64,000 bases of DNA from Gammaproteobacteria bacterium (GCA_008081045.1 VMDC01000001.1:225280-289279); one strand, 5' to 3'; shown: positions 39,899 through 50,346, counted from the stretch's first letter. Numbers and translations are program-made. Notes: generated by a model from the letters alone, not told the origin.

Positions 39899-40220
39899 GA
39901 TTCTCTCCACTTGTTGTTCTGCATGCCCTTCAGACAGGCTGTTCAGTATCACTTGATGTCAGACCCTGAAACGCGCGTCAGCGGGTTTCAGATTGGCTGC
40001 TCCGGCTATTCCATGGTACAGGCGCGTGAGACAGTGCCGACAGCGCAAACTCTGGTGCAGTTATTTGCGGCATCAGGGAACCCGTCTTGCCGGTGCTGTC
40101 CACAGGGTCGGGTCTCTTCTGTGCTTCATGGTGAGTCTTTCGCCGCCAGTCCTGCGGCCAAGCGACAGGCTACGCAGCCGGGCGATGCGAGCTGCACCGG
40201 CCAATTCGGCCCGGTCGAGT

Positions 40221-42140
40221 TTAAACCGCTTCAGCGTGTAAATTGCAGGCTTTGCACTTTTGCTGGATGGCAAGCGTGATAGCGGCGCTGTCCAGGCCCG
40301 CGCCCGAGAGCATCTCGGGGGCTTTTCCATGTTCCAGGAATTCGTCAGGCAATCCCAGATTGAGTACGGGGAGACAGTGGTTATGTGCTGCCAGAAATTC
40401 GTTAACTGCGGAGCCGGCACCCCCCATGATGGTATTTTCTTCGACAGTAACAATCAGGTCGTGGCTCCGCGCCAGATTGCCGATCAGGTCTTCATCCAGA
40501 GGCTTAACGAAGCGCATATCGACCAGCGTTGCATTGAGTGATTCCGCCGCTTCCGCCGCCGGCGTCACCATGCTGCCAAAAGCCAGGATCGCGACCGCCT
40601 GTCCTTTCCGCCGCACAACGGCGCGGCCGATCTCAACTGGGTCAGGATCGGGCTGGATAGTGGCGCCCGGGCCCTTGCCTCTCGGGTAGCGCACAGCAGC
40701 GGGCCCCGTATGCAGATATCCTGTGGTGAGCAGTTTATAAGTCTCGTCTTCGTCGCTGGGTGTCATGACGACCATGTTGGGAATGCACCGCAAATAGCTG
40801 AGATCAAAACTGCCGGCATGGGTCGGGCCGTCTTCTCCCACCAGTCCCGCCCGATCTATCGCGAACAGCACATCAAGATTTTGCAGGGCCACGTCATGAA
40901 TCAACTGATCATAAGCCCGCTGCAGGAAAGTGGAATAAATGGCCACTACCGGCTTGGTTTTTTCGCATGCCAGGCCCGCCGCAAAAGTGACCGCGTGCTG
41001 TTCCGCTATGGCCACATCGTGGAAGCGGTCGGGGTAATCTTCGGCAAACTTCTGCATGCCTGATCCTTCGCCCATGGCCGGGGTGATGCCAATCAGCTGC
41101 GGATCTTCGCTGGCAACGGCACACAACCAGTCTCCGAACACCTGTGAGTAGCTGGGTGTCTTTTTGGCAGGCTTATCTTTATCCGCTGAGACAAACTTGG
41201 CTTCGGGTGAGGCGTCAACTTTACTCAGGGCGTGCATGCCGAAAGGGTCATTTTCCGACTCACTGTAGCCTTTGCCCTTCTGAGTGATGATATGCAGTAA
41301 CTTCGGTCCACGCAGGGTTTTCATGTTTTCCAGGATTTCAACCAGGCGATTGACATCGTGCCCGTCTATTAAGCCAATGTAGTTGAAACCAATTTCTTCA
41401 AACAGCGTCCCCGGCGACACCATGCCTTTCAGATATTCCTCAGCCCGATGCGCAGCTTTCAGGGCAGGAGGCACTTTTGACAGCACCCGCTTGCTGCCCT
41501 TGCGAATGAAGTTATAGGGCTTGCTCGCCCACATGCGCGCAAAGTAGCTGGACAGACCTCCGACGTTTTTCGAAATGGACATGTTGTTATCGTTAAGGAC
41601 AACCAGCACGTTGTCGTCAATGTGACCGGCATGATTGAGTGCCTCGAATGCCATTCCCGCCGTCATCGCGCCGTCACCGATGACCGCAATGTTGTGTTGC
41701 TCCCTGTTTTGCAGGCGACTGGCCACCAGCATGCCCAAGGCTGCGCTGATTGAGGTGCTGGAGTGACCGACTCCGAAGGTGTCGAATTCACTCTCACTCC
41801 GGTTGGGAAAGGCGGCGAGGCCGCCGGCCTGGCGCATGGTCAGCATACGTTCGCGACGTCCTGTCAGAATCTTGTGGGGGTAGGCCTGATGCCCTACATC
41901 CCAGACCAGCCGGTCTGCGGGCGTATCGAAGACGTAGTGCAGCGCGATGGTGAGTTCCACAACGCCCAGCCCTGCGCCGAAGTGCCCCCCAGTCTGGCCC
42001 ACCGAGTAAAGCAGGAACAGGCGCAGTTCGTGCGCGAGTTCCTTCAGTTGGGAGCGCGCCAGTTTTTTCAGATCCGCCGGGCTGTCAACGGTATCCAGCA
42101 GTGGCGTTTCTGGCCTGGTTGTCGGTATTTCTGTCAGCAT
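40221..42140 (-). CDS. dxs: 1-deoxy-D-xylulose-5-phosphate synthase
   Basis: [29 protein letters not shown] (ThDP motif). 639 aa. xseB-ispA-dxs operon order. Confidence 0.97.
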   Translation of the reverse strand: MLTEIPTTRPETPLLDTVDSPADLKKLARSQLKELAHELRLFLLYSVGQTGGHFGAGLGVVELTIALHYVFDTPADRLVWDVGHQAYPHKILTGRRERMLTMRQAGGLAAFPNRSESEFDTFGVGHSSTSISAALGMLVASRLQNREQHNIAVIGDGAMTAGMAFEALNHAGHIDDNVLVVLNDNNMSISKNVGGLSSYFARMWASKPYNFIRKGSKRVLSKVPPALKAAHRAEEYLKGMVSPGTLFEEIGFNYIGLIDGHDVNRLVEILENMKTLRGPKLLHIITQKGKGYSESENDPFGMHALSKVDASPEAKFVSADKDKPAKKTPSYSQVFGDWLCAVASEDPQLIGITPAMGEGSGMQKFAEDYPDRFHDVAIAEQHAVTFAAGLACEKTKPVVAIYSTFLQRAYDQLIHDVALQNLDVLFAIDRAGLVGEDGPTHAGSFDLSYLRCIPNMVVMTPSDEDETYKLLTTGYLHTGPAAVRYPRGKGPGATIQPDPDPVEIGRAVVRRKGQAVAILAFGSMVTPAAEAAESLNATLVDMRFVKPLDEDLIGNLARSHDLIVTVEENTIMGGAGSAVNEFLAAHNHCLPVLNLGLPDEFLEHGKAPEMLSGAGLDSAAITLAIQQKCKACNLHAEAV

Positions 42141-42233
42141 CTGGCTATTTGATCGTGAGCGAGGGCAGTTTTCAACCAGTTATGCGATTGTCCCGAGGTC
42201 GCGTAACGTAATGTAGCTGGCTGGCAAGGTCAA

Positions 42234-43130
42234 TCAGCGGGCTCTGCTGGTGATGAATATCGCGAGCTCTCTCAGTAGATCAGCCTCAGAACCGAAGCGG
42301 TCAAGCGCGGAGATTGCCTGCCCGGTCATTTCGGATGCCTTGCTTTGCGCCTGCTCCAGGCCCAGCAGCGAGACATAGGTAGTTTTGTCATTGTGCTGAT
42401 CTGATCCTTGGGGTTTGCCCAATGATGCTGTGTCTGCGGTCACATCAAGGATGTCATCCTGAATCTGGAAAGCCAGGCCTATACAATCGGCATACAGCTG
42501 GAAATCGGCCAGCTGTTGGTCAGTGGCACCCTCAGCAGAGTGGGCACCAAGCAGGACGCTGGCGCGGATAAGTGCTCCGGTTTTCAGTCGGTGCAGTGCC
42601 TCAAGAGCCTGCAAGGACGACTCGCTGCCGGTGGCGCAACAGTCGAGGCATTGTCCGCCGACCATGCCATTAGCGCCAACCGCCGCGGCAAGAACCTGAA
42701 CCTGCCGGAGCTGAGTGGCCGCCGCGTGAGAACGGGAAGTCTCCGCCAGTACGGCAAACGCCAGGCTCTGTAAGGCGTCACCGGCAAGAATGGCAACGGC
42801 TTCATCAAATGCTTTGTGGACACTGGCTTTGCCCCGACGCAGGTCGTCATCATCCATGGCGGGCAGATCGTCGTGCACCAGCGAGTAGCTGTGGATGAGT
42901 TCTACAGCGGCGGCGGCAGGATCAGCATCAGCCAGGTTTCCGTCCAGCGCCCGGTTGGCGCCATACACAAGAACCGGACGTATCCGTTTGCCGCCACCGA
43001 GGCAGGCATAGGCCATGGCTTCCCGAAGCGAGTGGCTGGCATCGCACTGCTCGATTTCAGCAGAGAGCACCGCTTCAATGCGGCGCTGGCAGCTCTCAAG
43101 AAAGTCAGGCAGTTGGGACGGCGAGTCCAT
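42234..43130 (-). CDS. ispA: (2E,6E)-farnesyl diphosphate synthase
   Basis: First and second Asp-rich motifs LVHDDLPAMDDDDLRRG and FQIQDDILD. ATG at 43130 (MDSPSQL...). Confidence 0.9.
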   Translation of the reverse strand: MDSPSQLPDFLESCQRRIEAVLSAEIEQCDASHSLREAMAYACLGGGKRIRPVLVYGANRALDGNLADADPAAAAVELIHSYSLVHDDLPAMDDDDLRRGKASVHKAFDEAVAILAGDALQSLAFAVLAETSRSHAAATQLRQVQVLAAAVGANGMVGGQCLDCCATGSESSLQALEALHRLKTGALIRASVLLGAHSAEGATDQQLADFQLYADCIGLAFQIQDDILDVTADTASLGKPQGSDQHNDKTTYVSLLGLEQAQSKASEMTGQAISALDRFGSEADLLRELAIFITSRAR

Positions 43131-43140
43131 AGAATTGACC

Positions 43141-43392
43141 TCAGCCTTCGTCTTCGACGTCAAAAGCTTGGGTTTCGCCACTCTCATTCAGCAGAATCTG
43201 GACCTTTTGCTCCGCTTTTTGCAGCGCCGTCTGGCATTCGCGGGTCAGTTTGATGCCTTTTTCAAAAGCCTTCATGGAATCCTCGAGGCTGAGTTCACCT
43301 TCTTCCATTGAGCTGACCAGTCGCTCTAACTCTTGCAGCGCTTCTTCAAAATTGAATTCAGATTGTTGCTTTGCAGCCATAAGGATTTCCAT
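43141..43392 (-). CDS. xseB: Exodeoxyribonuclease VII small subunit
   Basis: FEEALQELERLVSSMEEGELSLEDSMKAFEKGIKLTRECQ is typical XseB. An alternative ATG lies at 43380. Confidence 0.9.
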   Translation of the reverse strand: MEILMAAKQQSEFNFEEALQELERLVSSMEEGELSLEDSMKAFEKGIKLTRECQTALQKAEQKVQILLNESGETQAFDVEDEG

Positions 43393-43708
43393 GATTACGC
43401 GGTGATGACGACTTCAGCCGTTTCGGCAAGTCTACCGCAGCAGATTTCAAGTTGGTATGCAGCGCGTGCCCCGATTTGCCGCTCGGGCCGGCGACACTCC
43501 GAGCCGGCAGGACGGAGCCGGTGCTCAGAGCGATCGTGATGAAGCGCTTTCCCCGAAGATTGGTTCGTGGTTGACTCTTCAAGGCTGCCCAAATACTCTC
43601 CTCAGGGCTTGCTACCTGGCCGGACGCCAGATTCTGCATACCCGGCGGGTCAACGGCTGCTGCGTTCGAGCCGTTGTTCACTGCAAATAAAAACTGAGAG
43701 ACAAGTCT

Positions 43709-44092
43709 ATGGAATACGTTGCGCTGGTTATCCTTATCACGCTGATTGAATACATTGTTTTCGGTATTCTCGTCGGACGTGCCCGAGCTAAATACAACTG
43801 TCCTGCGCCAGCGGTATCCGGTGATCCCATGTTCGAGCGTTATTATCGCGTGCACATGAACACCTCCGAACAACTGCTGATCTTTCTGCCTGCCATTGTG
43901 ATTTACGGCGTCTACGGAAATCCCGTGATCGCTGCTGCGGTCGGGCTTGTGTTTCCGGTTTCCAGGGTCATCTATCTACAGGCTTACCTTTCAGACCCGG
44001 CCAAGCGTGGGCGCGGATTTTTGCCGGGCTTTCTGGCGATCGCCTATCTGATCGGTGGAGGTCTGGTCGGGGTGATCGGTAGCGTCCTCTGA
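43709..44092 (+). CDS. MAPEG-family membrane protein
   Basis: 127 aa with 3-4 TM segments. Motifs R.H.N..E and RV.Y resemble the MAPEG superfamily. Confidence 0.55.
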   Translation: MEYVALVILITLIEYIVFGILVGRARAKYNCPAPAVSGDPMFERYYRVHMNTSEQLLIFLPAIVIYGVYGNPVIAAAVGLVFPVSRVIYLQAYLSDPAKRGRGFLPGFLAIAYLIGGGLVGVIGSVL

Positions 44093-44300
44093 AGCGTCAG
44101 CTCGCAGCGTCTTTTGTCAGGCCACTGCCTCTGAAAGTGGCAATAACGGCTGCCAAACGCAGGGTGCTTTCCCTATCTTAATAGCTACTCAAGCGCCTTT
44201 TCCGGAGAGTTGAGGGTCACTGTTGCAGCGGTCTCTGGCGCAAACCGGGATGCTTGTGAGCGCCATGGCGCTGGGGTATTCTCGGGCGCAGAGGTAGCGC

Positions 44301-46013
44301 ATGTCAGAGTCCAGTTTCAATTCTGTGCCCGGGGACGATCAGTTTGTTCATTCAGCGGGTGGACAACTCGCCAAACTCGCCGTTTACGCCATGGCCGGTT
44401 TGGCCCTGGTGATCTACCTGTTGTCTGTTCTGGCCGGCGAGGCCGGCAGCACGACCTCCGGCAACGCCATCGATTTCGAGAACAATGCCATCACCATAGC
44501 GCTCAGAGAGGAGCCACCGCAGCTGGATGCCAATCGGGCCACTGACGCGTCCAGCAATGTGGTTCTGGCTCATGTCATGGAAGGCTTACTGGGGTATGAC
44601 ATAGACGCTCAGTTGGTGCCGGGGGTCGCTGAGCGCTATGAAATTCGTGAAGATGGCGCCACGTTCTGGCTACGCGAAGATGCACTCTGGAGTGACGGTG
44701 TGCCGGTAACGGCCCGGGACTTTGTCTTTTCCTGGAAGCGTGTTCTGGATCCGGAAACCGCTTCACAATATGCGTTCATTCTTTATCCTATTAAGAACGC
44801 TGAGGCGATAAACCGGGGGGAAATGCCGGTTGCCACGTTGGGTGTCCGCGCGGCCAGTGACCGGATACTGGAGGTAGATTTCGAGCGTCCCACTCCTTAT
44901 TTCGACAAGCTGGTGGCCTATCTGACTTATTTTCCGGTGCGGGAAGATTTCTATAACAGCACCAATGGTCGTTACGGGGCGGATGCAGACATGCTGTTGT
45001 ATAACGGCGCCTACGTCCTGACCGATTGGGTGCACGGTTCAACTATGCGCTGGGTAAAAAACGACAAATACTGGAATCGTGAAAACAAAGGGTTTCTCGA
45101 TGAAATCCGCACCGCTTATATCACGCAGGACATCAATGCGAAGTTGAATTTGTTCAAGGATGGGCAGATCGTCGATACGCATCTGCTGTCGCCGATGCTG
45201 CCAACTGCGATGGAGCAGCGCTGGCAGATTGACCGTTCCATGGATGGCTCTGTGTTTTACCTGGAATTCAATCATCGCGATGATCGCATCACCCGGAATA
45301 AAAACTTTCGCCGGGCTCTCCAGCTGGCGCAAGACCCCAATGAGCTGGTCTACAAGGTTTTGAAAGAGCCCAGTTATCTGCCCGGGGTCAGCCTGTTTCC
45401 GGCTTGGCTGTCAGGTGTTTCTGAGTCATTCCAAAAGGAATATCCGCCGGTACAGCATCAGATGAATGTCGAAAAGGCACGCGAACATCTGGAGCTGGCG
45501 CGGCAGGAGCTGGGCATTGAGGAATTTCCGCCGCTGATGATGCTGGCAGGCGACACCCCGATCGGGCTGCTTTCTGCCGAGTATTATCAGCAGCTGTTTC
45601 GCAAGCACCTGGGATTGGAATTTCGGATTGACGTGCAGATTTTTAAGCAAAGGCTGGAGAAGATGAGACAGGGGGAATTTGATGTCGTGCTGTCGGGTTG
45701 GGGTCCCGATTACAACGACGTCTTGACCTATGGAGACCTGTTTTCCTCATGGAATTTGCAGAATCGCGGAAGATACAGCAGCCAGGACATGGATGCCTTG
45801 ATCCGTATTGCCCAGTCAGAGCTCGACCCTCAAAAGCGTATGGACGCGTTTGGAGAAATCCAACATCTGCTCTATGAGGATGTGGTAATTCTTCCTATGT
45901 ATGAACGGGGCTTTTCTTTTGTGGTTGATCCCCGCCTGAAGGATTTCAGGCGGCGTTCGGTGGGCCCGGAAGTTGATTATAACTATGCGTATATCGAACA
46001 GAGTTCTGAGTAG
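44301..46013 (+). CDS. Peptide/nickel ABC transporter substrate-binding protein (family 5, OppA/DppA-like)
   Basis: 570 aa. An N-terminal hydrophobic anchor rather than a classic cleavable signal. Family-5 SBP pattern (WSDG.PVTA.DFVFSW). Followed by the cognate permeases and ATPases. Confidence 0.85.
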   Translation: MSESSFNSVPGDDQFVHSAGGQLAKLAVYAMAGLALVIYLLSVLAGEAGSTTSGNAIDFENNAITIALREEPPQLDANRATDASSNVVLAHVMEGLLGYDIDAQLVPGVAERYEIREDGATFWLREDALWSDGVPVTARDFVFSWKRVLDPETASQYAFILYPIKNAEAINRGEMPVATLGVRAASDRILEVDFERPTPYFDKLVAYLTYFPVREDFYNSTNGRYGADADMLLYNGAYVLTDWVHGSTMRWVKNDKYWNRENKGFLDEIRTAYITQDINAKLNLFKDGQIVDTHLLSPMLPTAMEQRWQIDRSMDGSVFYLEFNHRDDRITRNKNFRRALQLAQDPNELVYKVLKEPSYLPGVSLFPAWLSGVSESFQKEYPPVQHQMNVEKAREHLELARQELGIEEFPPLMMLAGDTPIGLLSAEYYQQLFRKHLGLEFRIDVQIFKQRLEKMRQGEFDVVLSGWGPDYNDVLTYGDLFSSWNLQNRGRYSSQDMDALIRIAQSELDPQKRMDAFGEIQHLLYEDVVILPMYERGFSFVVDPRLKDFRRRSVGPEVDYNYAYIEQSSE

Positions 46014-46047
46014 GCCTTTCAATCCTGACAGCTGGTCTCACTGAGAT

Positions 46048-46983
46048 ATGTGGCTTTATATTCTGAAACGCGTCCTCCAGGGACTCCTTACCGTCTGGTT
46101 TATCGCTACGGCAACATTTTTTGCCATGCATAATGTGCCAGGTGACCCGCTCACGAATGACCGGGCGATGACAGAAACCACCCGCGCCAACCTTGAAGGG
46201 AAATACGGACTGGATCAGCCGATAACGACCCAATATCTGATTTTTCTGCGTAATCTTGCCCGCGGAGATTTCGGTATCTCCTTCGTGCAGGAGAATCGGG
46301 AGGTCAACGACATTATCCGTGAACACTTTCCGGTTTCAGCAATTCTGGGCGTTCTCGCCGTAGTATTTGCCGCCACTGGTGGAGTTCTGTTTGGCGCGCT
46401 CACGGCTCTGTACCGAAATCGGCTGCCAGACTACCTCATCATGTTTCTGGTAATACTCGGAATCTCTGTGCCGAGTTTTGTTGTCGCTGCCCTGAGTCAA
46501 CTCAGTCTGGTTAGCTTAAACACTCTGGTGGGGTTTACCGTGCTGCCGGTTGCAGGCTGGGGCACGGTCATGCACATGCTGGTGCCCGCGCTGGTCCTGG
46601 GCCTGAGCACTATGGCCTATCTCACCAGGCTGATGCGATCCTCCATGCTGGAGGTGACCAGCTCGGATTATGTTCGCACCGCGAAATCTAAAGGCGTTCC
46701 CCCGACCAGAATTTTCGCCCGGCATCAGCTGCGCAATGCCATTCTGCCGGTTGTGACGGTTCTGGGCCCAGCTATTGCTGCAATCACCACCGGGGGTTTT
46801 GTGGTTGAGCTGGTATTTGCCATTCCCGGCCTCGGCCGCTACTTCGTTGAAGCCGTTCAGCAGCTGGATTACACCGTGATCATGGGAACGACGGTATTTT
46901 ATGGCGCCTTTCTGGTATTTATGGTGATCCTGGTCGATGTGGTTTATGGCTTTATCGACCCCAGAGTGAGGCTGGATTCATGA
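46048..46983 (+). CDS. Peptide ABC transporter permease (OppB/DppB type)
   Basis: N-terminal MW.YILKR....L..V motif. EAA-type loop SSDYVRTAKSKGV....I..H.LRNA. Confidence 0.9.
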   Translation: MWLYILKRVLQGLLTVWFIATATFFAMHNVPGDPLTNDRAMTETTRANLEGKYGLDQPITTQYLIFLRNLARGDFGISFVQENREVNDIIREHFPVSAILGVLAVVFAATGGVLFGALTALYRNRLPDYLIMFLVILGISVPSFVVAALSQLSLVSLNTLVGFTVLPVAGWGTVMHMLVPALVLGLSTMAYLTRLMRSSMLEVTSSDYVRTAKSKGVPPTRIFARHQLRNAILPVVTVLGPAIAAITTGGFVVELVFAIPGLGRYFVEAVQQLDYTVIMGTTVFYGAFLVFMVILVDVVYGFIDPRVRLDS

Positions 46984-48344
46984 GCGATCTTACCGCCGCC
47001 AGTTTTGCTCCCCTTTCAGATCAACAGCCGAGCCAGGTCATCGCTCGACCTTCACTGTCTTACTGGCAGGATGCGTGGAACCGCTTGCGGGCCAATAGAA
47101 GAGCGCTGATGTCACTGTATATTGTTATCGGACTTCTGCTGTTTACGGTGTTCGGTCCGGTAGTCTGGCCGGTTGATCCGGCAATGCAGGACATCGATCA
47201 AATCAGCCAGCCTCCGGGGACAGACCGGACGGCTGTTCTTGTTGCAGAGTATGAACCCTGGTTTGGTACGTCCGGCCTTCCCGGGACAGGTTTGCGGTTG
47301 GCCGAAAAAGCCACGAGTCAGGCAGTGCGTCTGCAGTGGGATGCGCTTGACGGCGCCAGCGGTCACCGGGTGTATCGCAATCTGTTCCCGGTCGGGCCAG
47401 AGCTGTCCTATGGCATTCCGATGGCCGAGTTTCTGAACAATGACACGCTGTATTTTGAAGATCGCCTGGATCTTCAGCCCGGCCGTTTTTACTACGTTGT
47501 AGTGGCGCTGGATGAGCGGGGTTTGATTACGGATCGGTATCAGTCCATTTCGGTGGACGTTGAACGTGTCACTACCCGTGCCGAAGCGCTGGAGCGCGGG
47601 TTGATCACTGAGTCCGATGCTGTGCAGATCGGAGATAAGATTACATTGACCTGGCATCCGCTCGGCACGGACTATCTTGGCAGGGATTTACTGGCGCGCT
47701 TGATGGCCGGTGCCCGGGTATCCCTCTTCATCGGAATTGGTGCGCCTTTTCTGTTCGTACTGTTTGGTGTGGTCTACGGATCTGCCGCAGGGTTTATGGG
47801 TGGACGCGTAGATCAGTTGATGATGCGATTTGCGGACTTTGTTGTGGCGCTGCCTTTTTTACTATTCATGATTCTGTTCAAAATTGCTTTCGGAATAGGT
47901 CCGGGTGAAAGTGGCGTCTTTCCCATGCTGGTTGCGCTGGTTGTCCTGCTGTGGCCCGCAACCGCCCGGCTGGTCCGAGGGCAGATTCTGCAAATCAGGG
48001 AGCAGGGCTACATCAGTGCCTCTCAGCTCCTTGGAGCCAGTACGCCTTATTTGATCATGCGTCACATGATTCCGAACACTCTCGGTGTGGTGCTGGTCAC
48101 GGTAACCTTTGCTATTCCCAGCGCTATTTTCACAGAAGCATTCCTTTCCTTCATTGGTATGGGTGTGGCGCCACCGACGCCTTCCTGGGGTTCCATGTCC
48201 AATGAAGGCATTAAAACCATGCTGACGACGCCGCATGAGCTGATCTTTCCTGCTCTGTTTATCAGCTTTACGGTGCTTGCTTTCAACCTTCTGGGTGACG
48301 GTTTGCGTGATGCGCTTGATGCGCGCATGAGGAATGTTGAGTGA
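46980..48344 (+). CDS. Peptide ABC transporter permease (OppC/DppC type) with a large periplasmic insertion
   Basis: C-terminal core matches OppC/DppC (GTDYLGRDLLARL..., EQGYISASQLLGAS...I.RH.IPN). 454 aa versus the usual 280-300 or so. The extra roughly 170 aa lie between TM1 and TM2. Confidence 0.85.
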   Translation: MSDLTAASFAPLSDQQPSQVIARPSLSYWQDAWNRLRANRRALMSLYIVIGLLLFTVFGPVVWPVDPAMQDIDQISQPPGTDRTAVLVAEYEPWFGTSGLPGTGLRLAEKATSQAVRLQWDALDGASGHRVYRNLFPVGPELSYGIPMAEFLNNDTLYFEDRLDLQPGRFYYVVVALDERGLITDRYQSISVDVERVTTRAEALERGLITESDAVQIGDKITLTWHPLGTDYLGRDLLARLMAGARVSLFIGIGAPFLFVLFGVVYGSAAGFMGGRVDQLMMRFADFVVALPFLLFMILFKIAFGIGPGESGVFPMLVALVVLLWPATARLVRGQILQIREQGYISASQLLGASTPYLIMRHMIPNTLGVVLVTVTFAIPSAIFTEAFLSFIGMGVAPPTPSWGSMSNEGIKTMLTTPHELIFPALFISFTVLAFNLLGDGLRDALDARMRNVE

Positions 48345-49387
48345 AGGCAGCTGAAGACAACGTCGATTCCGGAACTCCTTTGTTAACGGTAGAGAATCTG
48401 CAGGTTGAATTTGATACCTATGGAGGAACTGTGCAGGCGGTCCGTGGAGTGAGCTTCTCAGTCGATCAAGGGCAAACGCTGGCCATCGTTGGCGAGTCCG
48501 GCTGCGGCAAATCTGTCACGGTGCAAAGCATCATGGGTCTTATCCCCATGCCACCGGGCCGGATTACGGCCGGTTCAGCACGGTTGCGAGGTCATGAAAT
48601 TCTGGGTCGAAGCACGGTCGGGGGTAAAGAGATTCGGGGCGCAGAGATCGGTATGATTTTTCAGGATCCGATGACGTCATTGAACCCAACCATGACAATC
48701 GGTGACCAGATCGCGGAACCGCTACAGATTCATCGCGGCTATTCCGCCCGAGACGCATTCACTGAAGCCATCCGTTTACTCGAACTGAGCAAAATTCCTG
48801 AAGCCGAAAAACGCGCGCGGCAATATCCGTTTGAATTCTCGGGTGGCATGTTGCAACGCGCCATGATTGCCATGGCGCTGAGCTGCAAGCCTTCGATTCT
48901 GATTGCCGATGAGCCAACGACTGCTCTGGATGTGACGATACAGGCGCAAATCCTCGACCTGATGCAGGAACTGCAAAAAGAAACCGGCATGGCAATCATT
49001 CTGATTACACATGATCTGGGCGTGGTGGCCCGAATGGCGGATGAGGTGGCGGTCATGTACGCCGGCAAAGTGGTGGAATACGGCAGCGCGGATGACGTGT
49101 TTTATCGTTCAGCCCATCCCTACACCGTGGGTCTGAAAGAGGCGATGCCAACGAACGATCCGGCCAGGCAGCACGAGTTGAAACCCATTGACGGCAGCCC
49201 GCCAGACCTTTTCGCGCCGCCTGCGGGCTGCGGTTACTGTCCTCGATGCCCCCATGCCATGCAGATTTGCAGTGACCGCCAACCACAAGGTCATGATCTA
49301 CACGGGCATCATTCTGCCAGCTGCTGGCTGCACCACGCGCAGTCAGAAAGCAGGCCAGAAACGCTTTTCTTCAAGGATGCTCACTGA
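48341..49387 (+). CDS. Peptide ABC transporter ATP-binding protein (OppD/DppD type)
   Basis: Walker A GESGCGKS, signature FSGGMLQR, Walker B ILIADEPTTALD. C-terminal Cys-containing oligopeptide-ABC tail. Confidence 0.9.
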   Translation: MKAAEDNVDSGTPLLTVENLQVEFDTYGGTVQAVRGVSFSVDQGQTLAIVGESGCGKSVTVQSIMGLIPMPPGRITAGSARLRGHEILGRSTVGGKEIRGAEIGMIFQDPMTSLNPTMTIGDQIAEPLQIHRGYSARDAFTEAIRLLELSKIPEAEKRARQYPFEFSGGMLQRAMIAMALSCKPSILIADEPTTALDVTIQAQILDLMQELQKETGMAIILITHDLGVVARMADEVAVMYAGKVVEYGSADDVFYRSAHPYTVGLKEAMPTNDPARQHELKPIDGSPPDLFAPPAGCGYCPRCPHAMQICSDRQPQGHDLHGHHSASCWLHHAQSESRPETLFFKDAH

Positions 49388-50346
49388 TGGGTGATTTAAT
49401 TGAAGCCAGAAAGCTGACCCGTTTTTTCGATATGGGCGGGAATCAGCGTGTTCACGCTGTCGACAAGGTCTCTCTCACGATCGGCGAAACGGAAATTGTG
49501 GGGCTGGTGGGTGAGAGCGGCTCCGGTAAATCAACATTTGGCAAAACGCTGTTGGGTCTGCATGACAAGACTGACGGCGAGGTGATCTTTCGGGGTGAGA
49601 GCCTGCCACAAAAATACCGGCCGGCAGACTTTCAAAAGCTGGCCACCAAGATGCAGATGATTTTTCAAGACCCCTACTCATCTCTGAATCCGCGGATGAC
49701 GGTCGGAGAGATTATTGGTGAGGGCTTGCGTTTGCATTTCAGCTTAAGTCCGTCTGATGTGAAAGATCAGGTCGTTGACTGGCTGGAGAAAGTGGGCCTG
49801 CAGGCAGATCACATGTCTCGTTACCCGCATGAATTCTCTGGCGGTCAGAGGCAGCGGATCGGCATTGCCCGGGCACTGATTCTGGAGCCTGAATTTGTGG
49901 TCTGCGACGAGCCTATTTCGGCGCTGGATGTGTCTGTGCAGGCGCAGGTGATTAATCTGCTGGGTGAACTCAAGGAAACCATGGGGCTTACTCTGCTTTT
50001 TATCGCCCATGATCTGTCCATGGTGCGCTACGTCAGTGATCGGATGGCGGTCATGTATCTCGGTTCACTGGTAGAGCTTGGTAAGGCTGACGAGGTGTAC
50101 TTCAATCCGAAGCATCCTTACACGGAGGTGCTTATCGGCTCTAACCCAGAGCCGGATCCGAATCTTGAAAAAGGCAGAGCGTCGACGTCAATTCAGGGTG
50201 AAATTCCGTCGCCGGTCAATGTGCCATCTGGCTGTCGCTTTGCGAACCGGTGTCCGAAAGTTCTGGATGTGTGTCGGGAAAAGACCCCTGAGCTGATTCC
50301 CGTGAAGGACGAAGACAGACTCGTGGCCTGCCATCTGGTTTCCTGA
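49387..50346 (+). CDS. Peptide ABC transporter ATP-binding protein (OppF/DppF type)
   Basis: Walker A GESGSGKST, signature FSGGQRQR, Walker B VVCDEPISALD. Confidence 0.9.
   Translation: MGDLIEARKLTRFFDMGGNQRVHAVDKVSLTIGETEIVGLVGESGSGKSTFGKTLLGLHDKTDGEVIFRGESLPQKYRPADFQKLATKMQMIFQDPYSSLNPRMTVGEIIGEGLRLHFSLSPSDVKDQVVDWLEKVGLQADHMSRYPHEFSGGQRQRIGIARALILEPEFVVCDEPISALDVSVQAQVINLLGELKETMGLTLLFIAHDLSMVRYVSDRMAVMYLGSLVELGKADEVYFNPKHPYTEVLIGSNPEPDPNLEKGRASTSIQGEIPSPVNVPSGCRFANRCPKVLDVCREKTPELIPVKDEDRLVACHLVS

Noticed and set aside
40054-40198. Calling a cobalamin riboswitch outright on the plus strand, where the motif order looks best.
   Set aside because: A plus-strand element would be transcribed into the 3' end of the convergent dxs gene, with no downstream gene to regulate. 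Several invariant core positions (CCCGC, CCACTG, the exact B12 box) are not matched. It is kept only as an unconfirmed finding.
43358-43873. 171-aa minus-strand ORF spanning the xseB/MAPEG divergent intergenic region, and an 8-bp-stem hairpin CAACGGCT-N10-AGCCGTTG near 43650.
   Set aside because: The ORF overlaps both flanking genes, and its composition is not protein-like. The hairpin lacks a U-tract and sits in a promoter region. No sRNA signature could be argued from the sequence alone.
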